This document shows positions 11,595 to 26,300 of a stretch of 64,000 nucleotides of DNA, piece after piece. Every line of letters starts with the position of its first letter. Within the stretch, counting starts at the first letter, position 1. Location of the stretch: assembly GCA_964016885.1 (NCBI GenBank), contig OZ024743.1:347510001-347574000 (forward strand), written 5' to 3'. Position numbers and translations under genes: made by a program. A model generated the notes under the pieces. The model did no database searches. It was not told the DNA's origin and saw only the letters and a list, made by a program, of their open reading frames with translations. This DNA comes from Eledone cirrhosa (taxonomy: Eukaryota).

Positions 11595-13484
11595 TTACAT
11601 TTTAAATTTATATTTAAACGTTGAGTTCAATCTATGTCTGCAGCAACTGAATAAATTGTTCCTTAGGTTCAAGGAATTTTTGGTCTTTAATATAAAGAAT
11701 ATTTTCTCTATACAAAGATCACAATTTTCTGAAGAGGAGTTAAAAGGAGTAGCTTTTGAAATAATATTCCAAAGCAACGAATATTTAGCGTTCTTTAATT
11801 TGAGGTCCCATAATAAGCTAGATAGAGAAGTTGAAGATTTTTTGTTTGGATTTGTAAAAGAATTTTTATGATTATTGAAACGGGATTTAAACTCTGTAGA
11901 AGTAGATCCCACATAATTAAATGAATTTAAATTAGTTTTTACATTACAATTATATACTATATTTTTAGCTAAGCAATTGTTATTTAACGGATAGTTAGAT
12001 TTATTTCTACAGTTACATTTATCAAATTGGATATTGCTTGGGTTATTAGTGGTATTTTGGTTAGGTTTTAAATTTCTATTATTAATTCTATTAATATTTT
12101 GCGCTAAATTTTTGGTGGATGAATAAGTTAATTTTATAGTATGTCTATTAAAAATTGAGTAATATCTATGTGTTCTAGGGAAGCATTTATCAAGAGCTTT
12201 AAAGAATAGTTTAGCAATAGCGGTTTTAATATTTAATGAGAAAGGAGGGGCGAACCATAATATATTCCTAGTTCTATTTCTTTTTTTGTTTTCCGAATTA
12301 TTGTAAGGTTTTCTATTATAGTTGTTAAAATTGTTAAAATAGTTAAAATTGTTAAGATTATGGTTAGTTGTTATATTATTATTATCAATGTATTTAATTG
12401 TATTTCTATACCCAGCTCTACCCAACGCTTCGTTGTAATAATGTGCTTCATCATCAAATATATTCTTATTAGCTGAAATCCTAGAAATGCGTTGCTGCAC
12501 AGAATTCACTATAGTATTTTTAACGGATCTGGGGTGATTAGAGTTAAAATTAACGTAGTTTAAGTACTCGTTTAGTTTGTGAAATGGATAATGAAGACAT
12601 GTGTTAAGGTTTAATGTTACATCTAGAAAGTTAACTATTTTATGGTTATTCTCAATTTCTACTTTTAGATTAAGGTAATTAAAAAATTGTATAATTTCTT
12701 TTCTTTTCCTATTTAATTCACAGTTATTATTTTCGATAAGTAAAATCATGTCGTCACGATATAAACCTCCGGTCATCTCAGGTATTTTCCTATGGAGAGA
12801 ATTATTTATAAAGAGGCCCACAAGATCCGTTACCTGAGCGGAATCGGATGATCCCATAGTTATATCAAAGTTATTATTTCTATTTGCTCTAGTCCAGAGT
12901 TGGTTATTAAATTCTATTAATGTCTTCCGTGCCGATAATATAATGTGAATTTCCTTACTAGTTAAGTCTGTATGTTTAAATGCGTAAGTTAGTGCTTTAT
13001 TAAGTAGATTAGGAGTGATGGATGAGTAATAATTAGCAATATCCAATTGAATAAACTTATTATAGTTATATTTAATTTCCTTAAACCAATCGATAACTTC
13101 ACTAGTTCCTTTCCATAATTTTAAATAAGATAATTTCTTAATTTGTGGTATTATTCTGTCTAAAATATTCTTGCTAAGTCTGCCAAGGTCCGATTTAGAT
13201 GGTGCAATTAATCTGACTGGTAAATCAGTTTCAAAGTTCCTTTTGTGATCCTTCATATTAATTTTAGGTTTCCTTGGCATGAAGGGTTGTGTCTTATTTT
13301 CAATGCCTAGTTCATGCATTATATAAGAGGCATCTGTATTCAATTTTTCAAGGTCGTCATTATTTGTTACTTTGTATTTCTTCCTTAATTCCTTTAATAT
13401 AAGATCGTTATAAATGTCCTTTTGTATTCCGTAAAGATTAATGGTTTTGTCAGACTTGACTAGAATTTTCTCCGTTTTCTCCAA
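11595..13484 (-). CDS. Penelope-like retroelement protein: reverse transcriptase + C-terminal GIY-YIG endonuclease (629 aa open; N-terminus disrupted upstream to ~13680)
   Basis: RT motifs QLDIANYYSSI, ITMGSSDSAQVTDLVG, GGLYRDD, NFLDVTL, SNHP; linker CNCR; GIY-YIG NIVYNC..YVGST..FKSRFNNH; C-terminal CDLCIEK..LN..CRH. Nematis-like clade assignment is from recall only. Confidence 0.92.
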   Translation of the reverse strand: MEKTEKILVKSDKTINLYGIQKDIYNDLILKELRKKYKVTNNDDLEKLNTDASYIMHELGIENKTQPFMPRKPKINMKDHKRNFETDLPVRLIAPSKSDLGRLSKNILDRIIPQIKKLSYLKLWKGTSEVIDWFKEIKYNYNKFIQLDIANYYSSITPNLLNKALTYAFKHTDLTSKEIHIILSARKTLIEFNNQLWTRANRNNNFDITMGSSDSAQVTDLVGLFINNSLHRKIPEMTGGLYRDDMILLIENNNCELNRKRKEIIQFFNYLNLKVEIENNHKIVNFLDVTLNLNTCLHYPFHKLNEYLNYVNFNSNHPRSVKNTIVNSVQQRISRISANKNIFDDEAHYYNEALGRAGYRNTIKYIDNNNITTNHNLNNFNYFNNFNNYNRKPYNNSENKKRNRTRNILWFAPPFSLNIKTAIAKLFFKALDKCFPRTHRYYSIFNRHTIKLTYSSTKNLAQNINRINNRNLKPNQNTTNNPSNIQFDKCNCRNKSNYPLNNNCLAKNIVYNCNVKTNLNSFNYVGSTSTEFKSRFNNHKNSFTNPNKKSSTSLSSLLWDLKLKNAKYSLLWNIISKATPFNSSSENCDLCIEKIFFILKTKNSLNLRNNLFSCCRHRLNSTFKYKFKM

Positions 13485-13838
13485 GTTTTCAATATTATTT
13501 TTGATATTTCTTAAGTAATCCTGGCTTTTAAAGTTGTTTTGAATTTGATGCTTTGGATGATATATATGATTTCATTTTCAAAATCCAGTAGTAGTTTTTT
13601 GAAGATTTTATCAAGATTGGAGACATTCTCATTTACATTAGATTTATCGAAGTGGAAAGCACGCTACCTGATTCTTCTTATTTTTCTCTCTCTCTCTCTT
13701 TCTCCGTAACACAATGGCTTATTTAAATCTACTCTGATTAAAAAATATCGAATACTAATTTACATAAAAGTATAAATAAATTTATAACCCCACTATCCGG
13801 GAGCTTCCAACAGTAATGATCGCATTCTTTAAGAGTCT

Positions 13839-13980
13839 GTCAATAATAATTTATAAAACTGGTCTATATTATATTTTATCCGATGAAAACACACCATAAT
13901 TTAACTTGGTGTCCTTGAAATATGTATAATGAAATAAATATGGTTTTATAAATATAGTTTCCATTTGTTAATATCGTATA
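13839..13980 (+). mobile_element. Single-arm copy of hammerhead cassette family E (HHR at 13872-13936, core mutated to CCGATGA)
   Basis: Homologous to 18419-18562. Helix I TATTTTAT/ATGAAATA, helix II ACACCA/TGGTGT, GAA-ATATGTAT-A. Confidence 0.75.
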
Positions 13981-14010
13981 TATATATATATATATATATG
14001 TACAGATATG

Positions 14011-14050
<40 letters not shown>

Positions 14051-14070
14051 TATCTGTACATATATATATA

Positions 14071-14164
<94 letters not shown>

Positions 14165-14185
14165 TATATGTATATCTGTACACAC

Positions 14186-14267
<82 letters not shown>

Positions 14268-14564
14268 AGATATGCATATATATATACATATATATATAAA
14301 CGGAAAAAATGAAACGAAATTTCATTTCCCTCTCTTAGTACGGCTCTTACTTAAATATAAGTATGTACACGTACATACATTAATGTATACAGACGTACAG
14401 TAGTATGTATATATATATACATACATGCACACATATATATATATGCACATATGGATTCACCGAACATTTATTATAATGCTCGGTGTGTTTGTAAACAAAC
14501 ATCCCGTATTAAGCCGAAGTGTCTAGCAACCATCGTTGCGCGTTTGTTCAACACTGACAAAGGA

Positions 14565-14607
14565 ACGCTGTACTAGTTTCAAGCTTATTAGCTATCGTCA
14601 GCAACGT
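14565..14607 (-). ncRNA. Minimal type I hammerhead ribozyme (family F)
   Basis: Reverse complement of the motif at 15075-15117. Confidence 0.8.
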
Positions 14608-15074
14608 ATAACTTCCTGCCAGATTGTTGAACATATATACTTACCTTATGCATATTAACGGCTGAGTAGCCCAATTTGCATATCGAGTGGGTTAATCGGC
14701 CGGGTGCACCGAAAACGATAAACGGAAAAAGTGAAACGAAATTTCATTTCCCACTCTTAGTACCGCTGTTACTTAAATATAAGTATGTACACGTACATAC
14801 ATATATGTATACAGATGTACAGAAGTATGTATATAAATATACATACATGCACACATATATATATATATGCACGTATGGATTCACCGAACATTTATTATAA
14901 TGCTCGATGTGTTTGTAAACAAACATCCCGTATGAATGAAATTTCGTTTCATTTTTTCCGTTTATCGTTTTCGGTGCACCCGGCCGATTAACCCACTCGA
15001 TATGCAAATTGGGCTACTCAGCGTTAATATGCATAAGGTAAGTATATACGTTCAACAATCTGGCATGAAGGTAT

Positions 15075-15117
15075 ACGTTGCTGACGATAGCTAATAAGCT
15101 TGAAACTAGTACAGCGT
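15075..15117 (+). ncRNA. Minimal type I hammerhead ribozyme (family F)
   Basis: ACGTTG-CTGACGA-t-AGCT-aata-AGCT-t-GAA-ACTAGT-A-CAGCGT: 6-bp helix I, palindromic helix III, GUA site at 15111. Confidence 0.8.
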
Positions 15118-15332
15118 TCCTTTGTTAGTGTTGAACAAACGAGCAACGGTGGTTGCTAGACACTACGGCTTAATACGGGATGTTTGTTTACAAACACGCC
15201 GAGCATTATAATAAATGTTCGGTGAATCCATACGTGCATATATATATATATATATATATATGTGTGCATGTATGTATATATATATACATACAACTGTACA
15301 TCTGTATACATATATGTATGTACGTGTACATA

Positions 15333-15414
<82 letters not shown>

Positions 15415-15687
15415 TATATAATGATAATATTAATACTGATAGAGTGTAAAATCGAAGTTGCAGCAATATTCGAAATGAATCTTGTGAAGCTGGTACAATC
15501 CACTCAATCAGGTGACATCGATAAATCGATAAATTATAGCTCAGAGTACTTTAGAGATATTGAAAACTGCGATCGGAGGGATGTTACCACAAAAGCTACT
15601 ACAACAACGAAAATACAAACAGGTTAAAAACGAACCTGGACCTGATCGATAGATATTATGTAAATAGGTAGAGAGTCGGTATCAGTA

Positions 15688-16060
15688 TTGGCAGTATCGG
15701 TAGAGAGTCGGACACCATGCCTTGAAGCATAGAGTTACGTCCCTTTACGATCTGAGTTCAAATCCCGCTGAGGTTAACTTTGCCTTTCATCCTTACGGGG
15801 TCGATGAAATAAAGAACCAGTAATACACTGGTTGATTGCTGGCCTTGTGCCAAAAGTAGAAACAATTATGTAAATAGGGCGGTGATTTGGCAGTATCGGT
15901 AGAGGGTTGGACGCCATGCTTTCTAGCATAGTTACGTCCCTTTACAATTTCAGTTTAAATCCCGCCGAGGTTAACTTTGCCTTTCATTCTTACGGGGTCG
16001 ATAAAATAAAGTACCAGTAATGTACTGAGTAATTGCTGGCCTTGTGCCTAAAGTAGAAAC
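15688..16060 (+). mobile_element. Two tandem tRNA-derived SINEs (15688-15869 and 15878-16060)
   Basis: Same family as 2651-2860; atgtaaata recurs at all three junctions. Confidence 0.85.
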
Positions 16061-16374
16061 CATATGTAAATATCTTCGATTGGTTTCTGGGAAATCCAGA
16101 AGCTACCGTCCAAATTGCGTAACATGCAAGCCAGAAATGTATCCTAATATGGAACGAGGATATCCCTTTTGCAAAAGGGGTTTCGTTCCGTTTTCTACGA
16201 GCACCCTAGTACTGTATCAATAACTTTGGCAGCGGGGTGACGTGTTCTTTCTCAAGGAAAGAGTAATATTCAAATCAGGCTTTAGCGGGTAAATTAAAAA
16301 AGTGTGAACAAAGGAATTTATTAACATAATCTAAAGGAAGCCCTTAACTATGTTATCTAACAAACACTAAATAA

Positions 16375-16553
16375 ATAATTATTTCTACTTTTGGCACAAG
16401 GCCAGCAATTGCACAGTGCATTACTGGTACTTTATTTTATCGACCCCGTAAGGATGAAAGGCAAAGTCAACCTTGGCGGGATTTGAACTCAGATCGTAAA
16501 GGGACGTAACTATGCTGGAAAGCATGGCGTCCGACCCTCTACCGATACTGCTA
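16375..16553 (-). mobile_element. tRNA-derived SINE
   Basis: Reverse complement of the family consensus. Confidence 0.85.
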
Positions 16554-16649
16554 ATATAATGAATCAATGAAGCAATTAGTTAATTAATTACAAAGGCTAC
16601 GGAAAATAATAATGATAGGAGGTATATATTGGTCCACACGAACACTAAT

Positions 16650-18562
<1,913 letters not shown>

Positions 18563-18647
18563 TCTACTCCAAAATTTGTTGAGTGCTTTATATCAGTTAT
18601 AAAATATTTACTTGTTGTAACCCAACAATTTTAAATAAAACTTTTGC

Positions 18648-18789
<142 letters not shown>

Positions 18790-19256
18790 TGTTCATATAT
18801 ATATATATATATATGCACATGTTCATATATATATATATACACGCACATGTTCAAAATGGAGAAATCATTTTATACCTGAGAAGATTTAGCGCGAAGAGAA
18901 GTTGAAGTAGATATTAAGTCCAACAGTATAACGCCGAGGAATTTAATGGGTATTACACCGAGAAAATTTGTAGAAAACTTCTGCGGAAATGACAAAAAAT
19001 GGTACTTGTGTTGTAAGGTTGTATGCAATTATTTTCTGAAGATTCCGGTGATTCGTTTCTTCTGTGAATGGTCATTTGTGATGCTGGCTTAACACATATT
19101 GCAATCTCGTTTTGTTTGGTGCTGGCACGAAAATTTGGCTAAATATTTAACAATTGATGGAGATTTAGTTTAGGCATGGGAGTGTGGAGGAAGATGACAA
19201 GTGGAGAATGAGAGATAAATATCTATAGATTGATATATAATAGAAGAAAGAAGTAT

Positions 19257-19503
<247 letters not shown>

Positions 19504-19550
19504 CATGTATATGTATATATATATATATATAATATATATATATATATATG

Positions 19551-19634
<84 letters not shown>

Positions 19635-20194
19635 CATAAAGAGAGGTAGGTACAGATGGGTAAGGAGGGATAGAGGAGTGAAAGAGCGAGTTTGGGGGCC
19701 ATATAGAAATATCACATATGTACATGTACGTGTGCGTTTGCGTGCGTTAATGTGTACAACTAACAAGAAAGCAAAAATAAATAAAAGTAATAGTGACTCG
19801 AAAGGAGAGGTAAAGGTTTTCTGAGAGGGAATTTGAAGTAAAAGGTAGGAACGAAGAGACACAAAAAGAAAGAGAGTGAGAGTGAGAAATGGAGAAATAG
19901 AGTGGGTTAGATAGGAGACAGAGGGAAGGAGAGAAATAATTAGCGGGGACAAAGTCAATACAGATGGAAATGGAGGAGAAGTAGTAAGGTGTAGTGTAAA
20001 GGGAAAGAAATATATAGAGAAGTGGTTTGTGGTAGCAGTGTTGCTGCTGTTGGAGGTGGTGGTTCAGATGTGAGTGTAGATTGATATGGTAACTACAATG
20101 GTGGCCGTGTAAGAGATAGAGAATAACAGAAAGGAATATATCAAACACATCAGACACACACACACACGTTAGCACACCCACTCATACACGCACT

Positions 20195-20230
<36 letters not shown>

Positions 20231-20259
20231 AACACATACATACACACACACGCACTCAC

Positions 20260-20325
<66 letters not shown>

Positions 20326-20465
20326 TCACATACATACACATACACACGCACACACTCACACACACACACACACACTCATATATATATGTATATATATATA
20401 TATATGTATATATTTATTTATATATGAGAGTGCGTTAACCAATGATACCAATTAATTCAAAACCA

Positions 20466-20606
20466 TTTATTTTTCAACAAATGTTTCGATTAATGCAGAT
20501 AAATACACAATTAGTCCACAATTAACATTAAAAATAATTGTATTATTGATGTAAACACAGAGATAATGCATCAATTTATCTTCACCATCTCGTCAGGAAA
20601 AACAAA
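20466..20606 (-). ncRNA. Type I hammerhead ribozyme with long helix II (family H)
   Basis: Minus strand: TTTGTTTTTC-CTGACGA-GATGGTGAAGATAAAT..ATTTATCTGCATTAATC-GAA-ACATTTGT-T-GAAAAATAAA. 10-bp helix I, canonical G10.1-C11.1, GUU site. Confidence 0.75.
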
Positions 20607-20842
20607 GATTATCAAAAGTGATATGTCAATTTATATTGATTTATACAATTAATTGATTGCTATATTTGATTAACTTTGTCCAATCTTATATTATGCACTG
20701 TAATACTTTTATCTTCAATTATCTTGACCTTACACTATATATCACCACACTGGATTATTTTGGCTAGTATAATTATTATACATTGAGCGTTTCCCTATCT
20801 CGATATATAAGTGGATACTTCCATTTATAATGCACCCCCCCT

Positions 20843-20890
<48 letters not shown>

Positions 20891-20928
20891 TTCTTTCTCT
20901 CCCCCTCTCTCTCTCTGTTTTTATATAT

Positions 20929-21032
<104 letters not shown>

Positions 21033-21182
21033 ATACTTTGGGAGGGTCATGTTGCCAATAAGAAACACACGCACCAGTTGCTTTCACTTCAATTTATTAT
21101 ATATTTATAAATTTACAAATTTATAAATCTATAAATTTCTGGTTGGTTGGTTGGTTCCACAACCAGATAGTTGTTTATATAT

Positions 21183-21227
21183 ATTCATAGTCCTTTCGTC
21201 ACACACTCTGTGACCTCTTCAGTGACT
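21183..21227 (-). ncRNA. Minimal type I hammerhead ribozyme (family B)
   Basis: Same motif as 4980-5024, with one helix I mismatch. Confidence 0.75.
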
Positions 21228-21439
21228 GGGGATTCCTTTCTTTGTCTCCGTGCCTCTCCTTTGTTCTGTCCTACGCCATTTTGTTTCTGTGTGTGTGTTG
21301 TGTGCTCAGTTTGCGCATGCGCCACATCCGGGTGTCTGTGTGTGTTTATGTTCATTTATCTATTTGTTTATTTATTTATTTATTTACATGTTATTGGTTG
21401 GTTGTTTGTTCTATGTGTGTGTGTGTTTTCATTTTGTCC

Positions 21440-22450
21440 TTAATTGTAAGTTGTGATGTTGCTGTTCCACTCATATTTTCTATTTAATTTTGGTTGTAAT
21501 TCTTTTATGTTTATTGCCTCTGTAATTTGTCTAAACATTGCATCTTTTCTGTGTGTAGATTCTATTTTTATTTCTACGTTCTCTAATTTACCCTTGTGTT
21601 CTATCTTAGCATGTTGGTAGAGTACAGATGATTCTGTATTATCTTGAAGGTCTCGCCAGTGTTCATTTATCCGTTCCCCTATACTACGAGCTGTCTCACC
21701 TATGTACATTATATTTTTGTTTCTACATTGTCCTTCAGTACATCTTATGCTATACACTACATTTCTAGTTTTACAGTTAATATGGGGGCTTATTTTACAG
21801 GTTATACATTTCTTATCTATACATGAGGGTATTTGGAAAGGGTATGTCATGCTAATAAGTGTTTTTACGGAGGTACCTGGTCTTTCTACTATCTTAATAT
21901 TGAGTTTATGTTTATTTAGGGCCCTTCTAAATGTGTAGGCTAGTTCGTCTCTAGGGGTTGTATCGATGAACATTACACTCTGGTATTTATTGCTATCATA
22001 CCATGAGTTTATTCTATTAGCCTTGTTCCTAGTTCTTTCTATTCTATTCCAAAATTTGCTCCTATACAAGGGGCAGGTCCCATTTATGTCATTATTTACC
22101 ATTTTTTCCCATTTGGTTCTGGCTCCTCTATACACTCTGATTCTATCTCTCTGATTGTAGCCAGAGAACTGCATACGGTGGATGAAGTGTTGTATGTGTC
22201 TCTCTAGTTCTTCGGGGTTGCACATGTGCGACACATTTCTCATCACCCGTACCAAATCCGCAATCAGTATGTTGATTTTGGTATGGTCCGAAATGGCTGA
22301 GTTTCGGTGGATCAGATGTTTGGAAGTCGTGGGTTTGGCATAATGGGAATGGAGGATTTGTTTTTCGTTGTTAATGGTATCTAACCAGAGCTCTGTGTCT
22401 AGTACAGGTAATCGATGGTTGGGGTGTCTACTTGGGTAGTCTATAGTAAC
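21440..22450 (-). CDS. Penelope-like RT thumb + Cys-rich linker + GIY-YIG endonuclease (5'-truncated, open for ~336 codons)
   Basis: The frame stays open 65 codons upstream of the called ORF (VTIDYPSRHP..LPVLD..HYAKP). Motifs SGY, CIDKKCITC..NC, NVVYSIRC..YIGETARSIGERINEH, EAINI..PKLN. Confidence 0.9.
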   Translation of the reverse strand, partial: VTIDYPSRHPNHRLPVLDTELWLDTINNEKQILHSHYAKPTTSKHLIHRNSAISDHTKINILIADLVRVMRNVSHMCNPEELERHIQHFIHRMQFSGYNQRDRIRVYRGARTKWEKMVNNDINGTCPLYRSKFWNRIERTRNKANRINSWYDSNKYQSVMFIDTTPRDELAYTFRRALNKHKLNIKIVERPGTSVKTLISMTYPFQIPSCIDKKCITCKISPHINCKTRNVVYSIRCTEGQCRNKNIMYIGETARSIGERINEHWRDLQDNTESSVLYQHAKIEHKGKLENVEIKIESTHRKDAMFRQITEAINIKELQPKLNRKYEWNSNITTYN

Positions 22451-22564
22451 TCTATAACTCTGCCGTCGTGGTCAAACATTTTCCTATTACCCACTCTCCT
22501 ACCCTAAGTATTGAGTACTCTGGTGCGTTATGGTCCCTCTGGTTCCTTACCACACTTCCTTCGT

Positions 22565-22595
<31 letters not shown>

Positions 22596-22654
22596 GAAAG
22601 GTATAGAAAACATTGTAGCAAAAAGCCAACAGTATTGTAGCAAAAAGCCATATA

Positions 22655-22735
<81 letters not shown>

Positions 22736-22790
22736 TCTGTGTGTGTGTGTGTGTGTGAATGAGAGGAAAAAGCACTGAGTATGCTATTTG

Positions 22791-22912
22791 TGAAGGCATG
22801 TGGCTGAGTGGTTAGAGAATTGCATTCGCAATCGTGAGGTAGTGAGTTCGATTCCCGGATAGGGCGATGCGTTGTGTCCTTGAGCAAGACATTTTATTTC
22901 ATGTTGCTTCTA
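22791..22912 (+). mobile_element. tRNA-derived SINE 5' fragment (second family)
   Basis: A box TGGCTGAGTGG, B box GAGTTCGATTCC, followed by gtgtccttgagcaagaca. Confidence 0.7.
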
Positions 22913-23035
22913 CTACCTGGAGGTGCGACTGATAGATAGTATTAGCAATGGTAACATCATTTCCTCGGTCCGATTTAACGAGAGTCGATTGACTTTATAT
23001 ATGTTATTTACAATATATATTTGAAAGGTCGACAA

Positions 23036-23225
23036 ATAATTGTTTCTATTTTAGGCACAAGGCCAGCAATTACACAGTGCATTACGGGTACTTTATTTTA
23101 TCGACCCCGTAAGGATGAAAGGCAAAGTCAACCTCGGTGGGATTTGAACTCAGATCGTAAAGGGACGTAACTATGCTGGAAAGCATGGCGTCCGACCCTC
23201 TACCGATACTGCCAATCCACCGCCG
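23036..23225 (-). mobile_element. tRNA-derived SINE
   Basis: Full-length reverse copy; a partial copy lies at 23662-23780 (-). Confidence 0.85.
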
Positions 23226-23554
23226 ACAAATAATAACTCCTACTGTCATTAAGCTTTTAGGTTACTCAGAGTTGCCCTGGTGTTGGTAACTTGGGTTGTT
23301 ATTTTAGTGTTGGTGTGTCCGTGCGTGACTGGGAAAATGAGAAAGTGGAAAAGAAAGTGAATATAAGTTCTTCGATTGTTCAATAATGTGTGCGCGGTTA
23401 GAGTGAGTCAGGGGGTGTGGGTAGAAGAGATTGGTTGAAACAAAGCGATGTTTGAAGCAGTCAGAAATATACAAAGATGGCAGAAATGAAAGAAGAAAAA
23501 AAAATGAGACCAAGTCGATATGGAAAGAAAGGTAAACAGAATAGATGATCAAAT

Positions 23555-24445
23555 TAATGATGGCGACCACGACGACGATTACGACGGCGATGATGATGAT
23601 GATGATGATGATGATGTTGATGGTGATGATGAAGATGATGATGATGATGATGATGATGATGATAATTGTTTCTACTATTGGCACAAGGTCAGCAATTACC
23701 TCAGTAGATTACTGGTATTTTATTTTATCGACCACCGTAAGGATGGAAGGCAAAAGTTAACCTCGGCGGGATTTGAACTCATGATAATAATATGATAATA
23801 ATAATAGTGATGGCGATGGTGTTGATGATGATGATGATGTTGATGATGATGATGATGATGATGATTACGATGATGATGATGATGATGATTATGATGATGA
23901 TGATTACGATGATGGTGATGATTACGACGATTACGATGATGATGATGATGATGATGATAATTATGATGATGATGATGATGATGATTACGATGATGATGAT
24001 GATGATGATGATGATAAGGATTACGATGATTACGATGATGATGATGATGATGATTATGATGATGATGATTATTACGATGATGATGATGATGATAATGATT
24101 ACGATGATTACGATGATGATGATGATGATGATTATGATGATGATGATTACGATGATGATGATGATGCTGATGATTATGATGATGATGATTACGATGATGA
24201 TGATGATGATTACTATGATTACGATGATGATGATGATGTTAAAGATGAAGACAATGAAGCATATTGTTGACCACCAGTGCCCAAGACGTTTGAGGACAAT
24301 GAATAACGACTATATTAATACAAACTATGACAATGATGATGATGTTGACGTTGATGTTGAACATGATGGGATGATATTTGACGTTGAGACAGCGTCGGCT
24401 GTGGTGGTGGTGTTGATAGTAGTTGTAGTAGTAGTAGTAGTAGTG

Positions 24446-24516
<71 letters not shown>

Positions 24517-24589
24517 TGTAGTAGTAGTAGTAGTAGAAATAGTAGTAGTAGTAGCAGTAGTAGTAGTAGTAGTAGCATAAGTTGTAGTT

Positions 24590-24637
<48 letters not shown>

Positions 24638-24738
24638 ATAGTAGCAGAAGTTGTAGTTGTAGTTGTAGTAGTAGTAGTAGTAGTAGTAGAAATAGTAGTA
24701 GTAGTAGCAGTAGTAGTAGTTGTAGTAGTAGTAGTAGC

Positions 24739-24770
<32 letters not shown>

Positions 24771-25008
24771 CAGTAGTAGTAGTAGTAGTAGTAGTATTTG
24801 CTGAAGTTGTAGTTGTAGTAGTAGTAATAGTAGTAGTAGCAGCAGTAGTAGCTGTAGTGGTGGTAGCAACAGTAGTAGTAGTAGTAGTAGCAGTAGTAGT
24901 AGTAGCTGTTGTAGTAGTAGATAGTAGTAGTAGTAGTAGTAGTAGTAGTAGCAGTAGCAGCAACAACAGCAGCAGAAGCAATAGTAGTAGTAGTACCAGC
25001 AGCAGCAT

Positions 25009-25062
<54 letters not shown>

Positions 25063-25080
25063 CAGCAGTAGTAGTAGTAT

Positions 25081-25138
<58 letters not shown>

Positions 25139-25140
25139 CA
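23555..25140. repeat. Large compound trinucleotide microsatellite: (GAT)n, then (TAG)n/(CAG)n
   Basis: Directly visible; it produces the poly-M/T/Y/L/S pseudo-ORFs. Confidence 0.95.
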
Positions 25141-25330
25141 TAACAATAATAAAGATTACCATGATGATGATCAGGATAAAATGAAGCACAACATAAGAAA
25201 AACACGGAATGAAAAAATGAGATATATACAAAAAAATGTAATTATTATCGAGATTGAATAAAATTGAAAAAAATGTTGAGATCATACACGGACAGACATA
25301 CTGACAGAGAAGGACAACAAGGAGATGAGA

Positions 25331-25388
<58 letters not shown>

Positions 25389-25490
25389 TGTGTGTGTGTG
25401 TGTATGTGTGTGTGCCTGTGCGTGATTGTGTGTATATGTAAAGAGATTGACTGCGAATGAGAGAGGGGATGAATAATTATGTATATATAA

Positions 25491-25533
<43 letters not shown>

Positions 25534-25548
25534 ATATAAATATACATG

Positions 25549-25627
<79 letters not shown>

Positions 25628-26300
25628 TGATTTAGTAATGATGAGATAGAAAAAATCTGTCAGAAATGAGACATTCATTGGGAGAGAAAAAAAAGAAAAT
25701 AGAGCAAAGCATTAAAAAAAAAATGGTCACAGTGAATCCAGTGAGGAACAAAAATAATACATTGAGACAAAAAAATGAATGAAATATTAGTTTGGGGAGA
25801 GATTAGATGCAAGAAATATTTGAGAATCTCATCAATATTGGAATAGATATTAAATGTCAGGGAAAAAATAGGAAGTATTGTGGTATTACGTTAAGTAATT
25901 ATGATATCTATGATTAAACTCCCCATCAAAAACAGTAGATTCCCAAGCAGTAAAAGACGATATGAGCTTATGCTGTTCATAGTATCATCCAATAATACGG
26001 GAGCATGATTTTGATGTTTCTCCCCTTCCAGCCCCTAGGCAGTGAATTGGCACAATTGGTAGAGCAGCGGTCTTTTGAACTAGTTTGTTATACATATGCA
26101 ATTCCTGAGTTCAAATCCATCAATTGAACTTTGCGCTTCCTACTATTGTTTCGGTTTAATAAAATAAAGTAAACTCTTGCTATTAGAAATAATATATATT
26201 TTATAAATAGGCGGCGATTTGGCAGAGTCGTTAAGATGGCGGATAGAATGCTTTTCGATCGATTCAGTTCTTAAATTAATGTGTAAGTATCTTCGTATTC

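Larger units (their letters stand above)
14295..15338. mobile_element. Non-coding hammerhead element family F: 1.5 tandem ~422-bp units plus a ~400-bp inverted copy, embedded in (TA)n
   Basis: Unit starts at ~14297 and ~14719 (taaacggaaaaa). 14936-15338 is the reverse complement of ~14357-14747. A third copy lies at 31480-31842. Confidence 0.85.

Noticed and set aside
22791-22870. Possible tRNA gene
   Set aside because: A and B boxes are present, but there is no clean cloverleaf and the sequence continues into a SINE body.
23792-25678. Long ORFs of 262-479 aa (poly-M, T, Y, L)
   Set aside because: Translations of (GAT)n and (TAG)n microsatellites.
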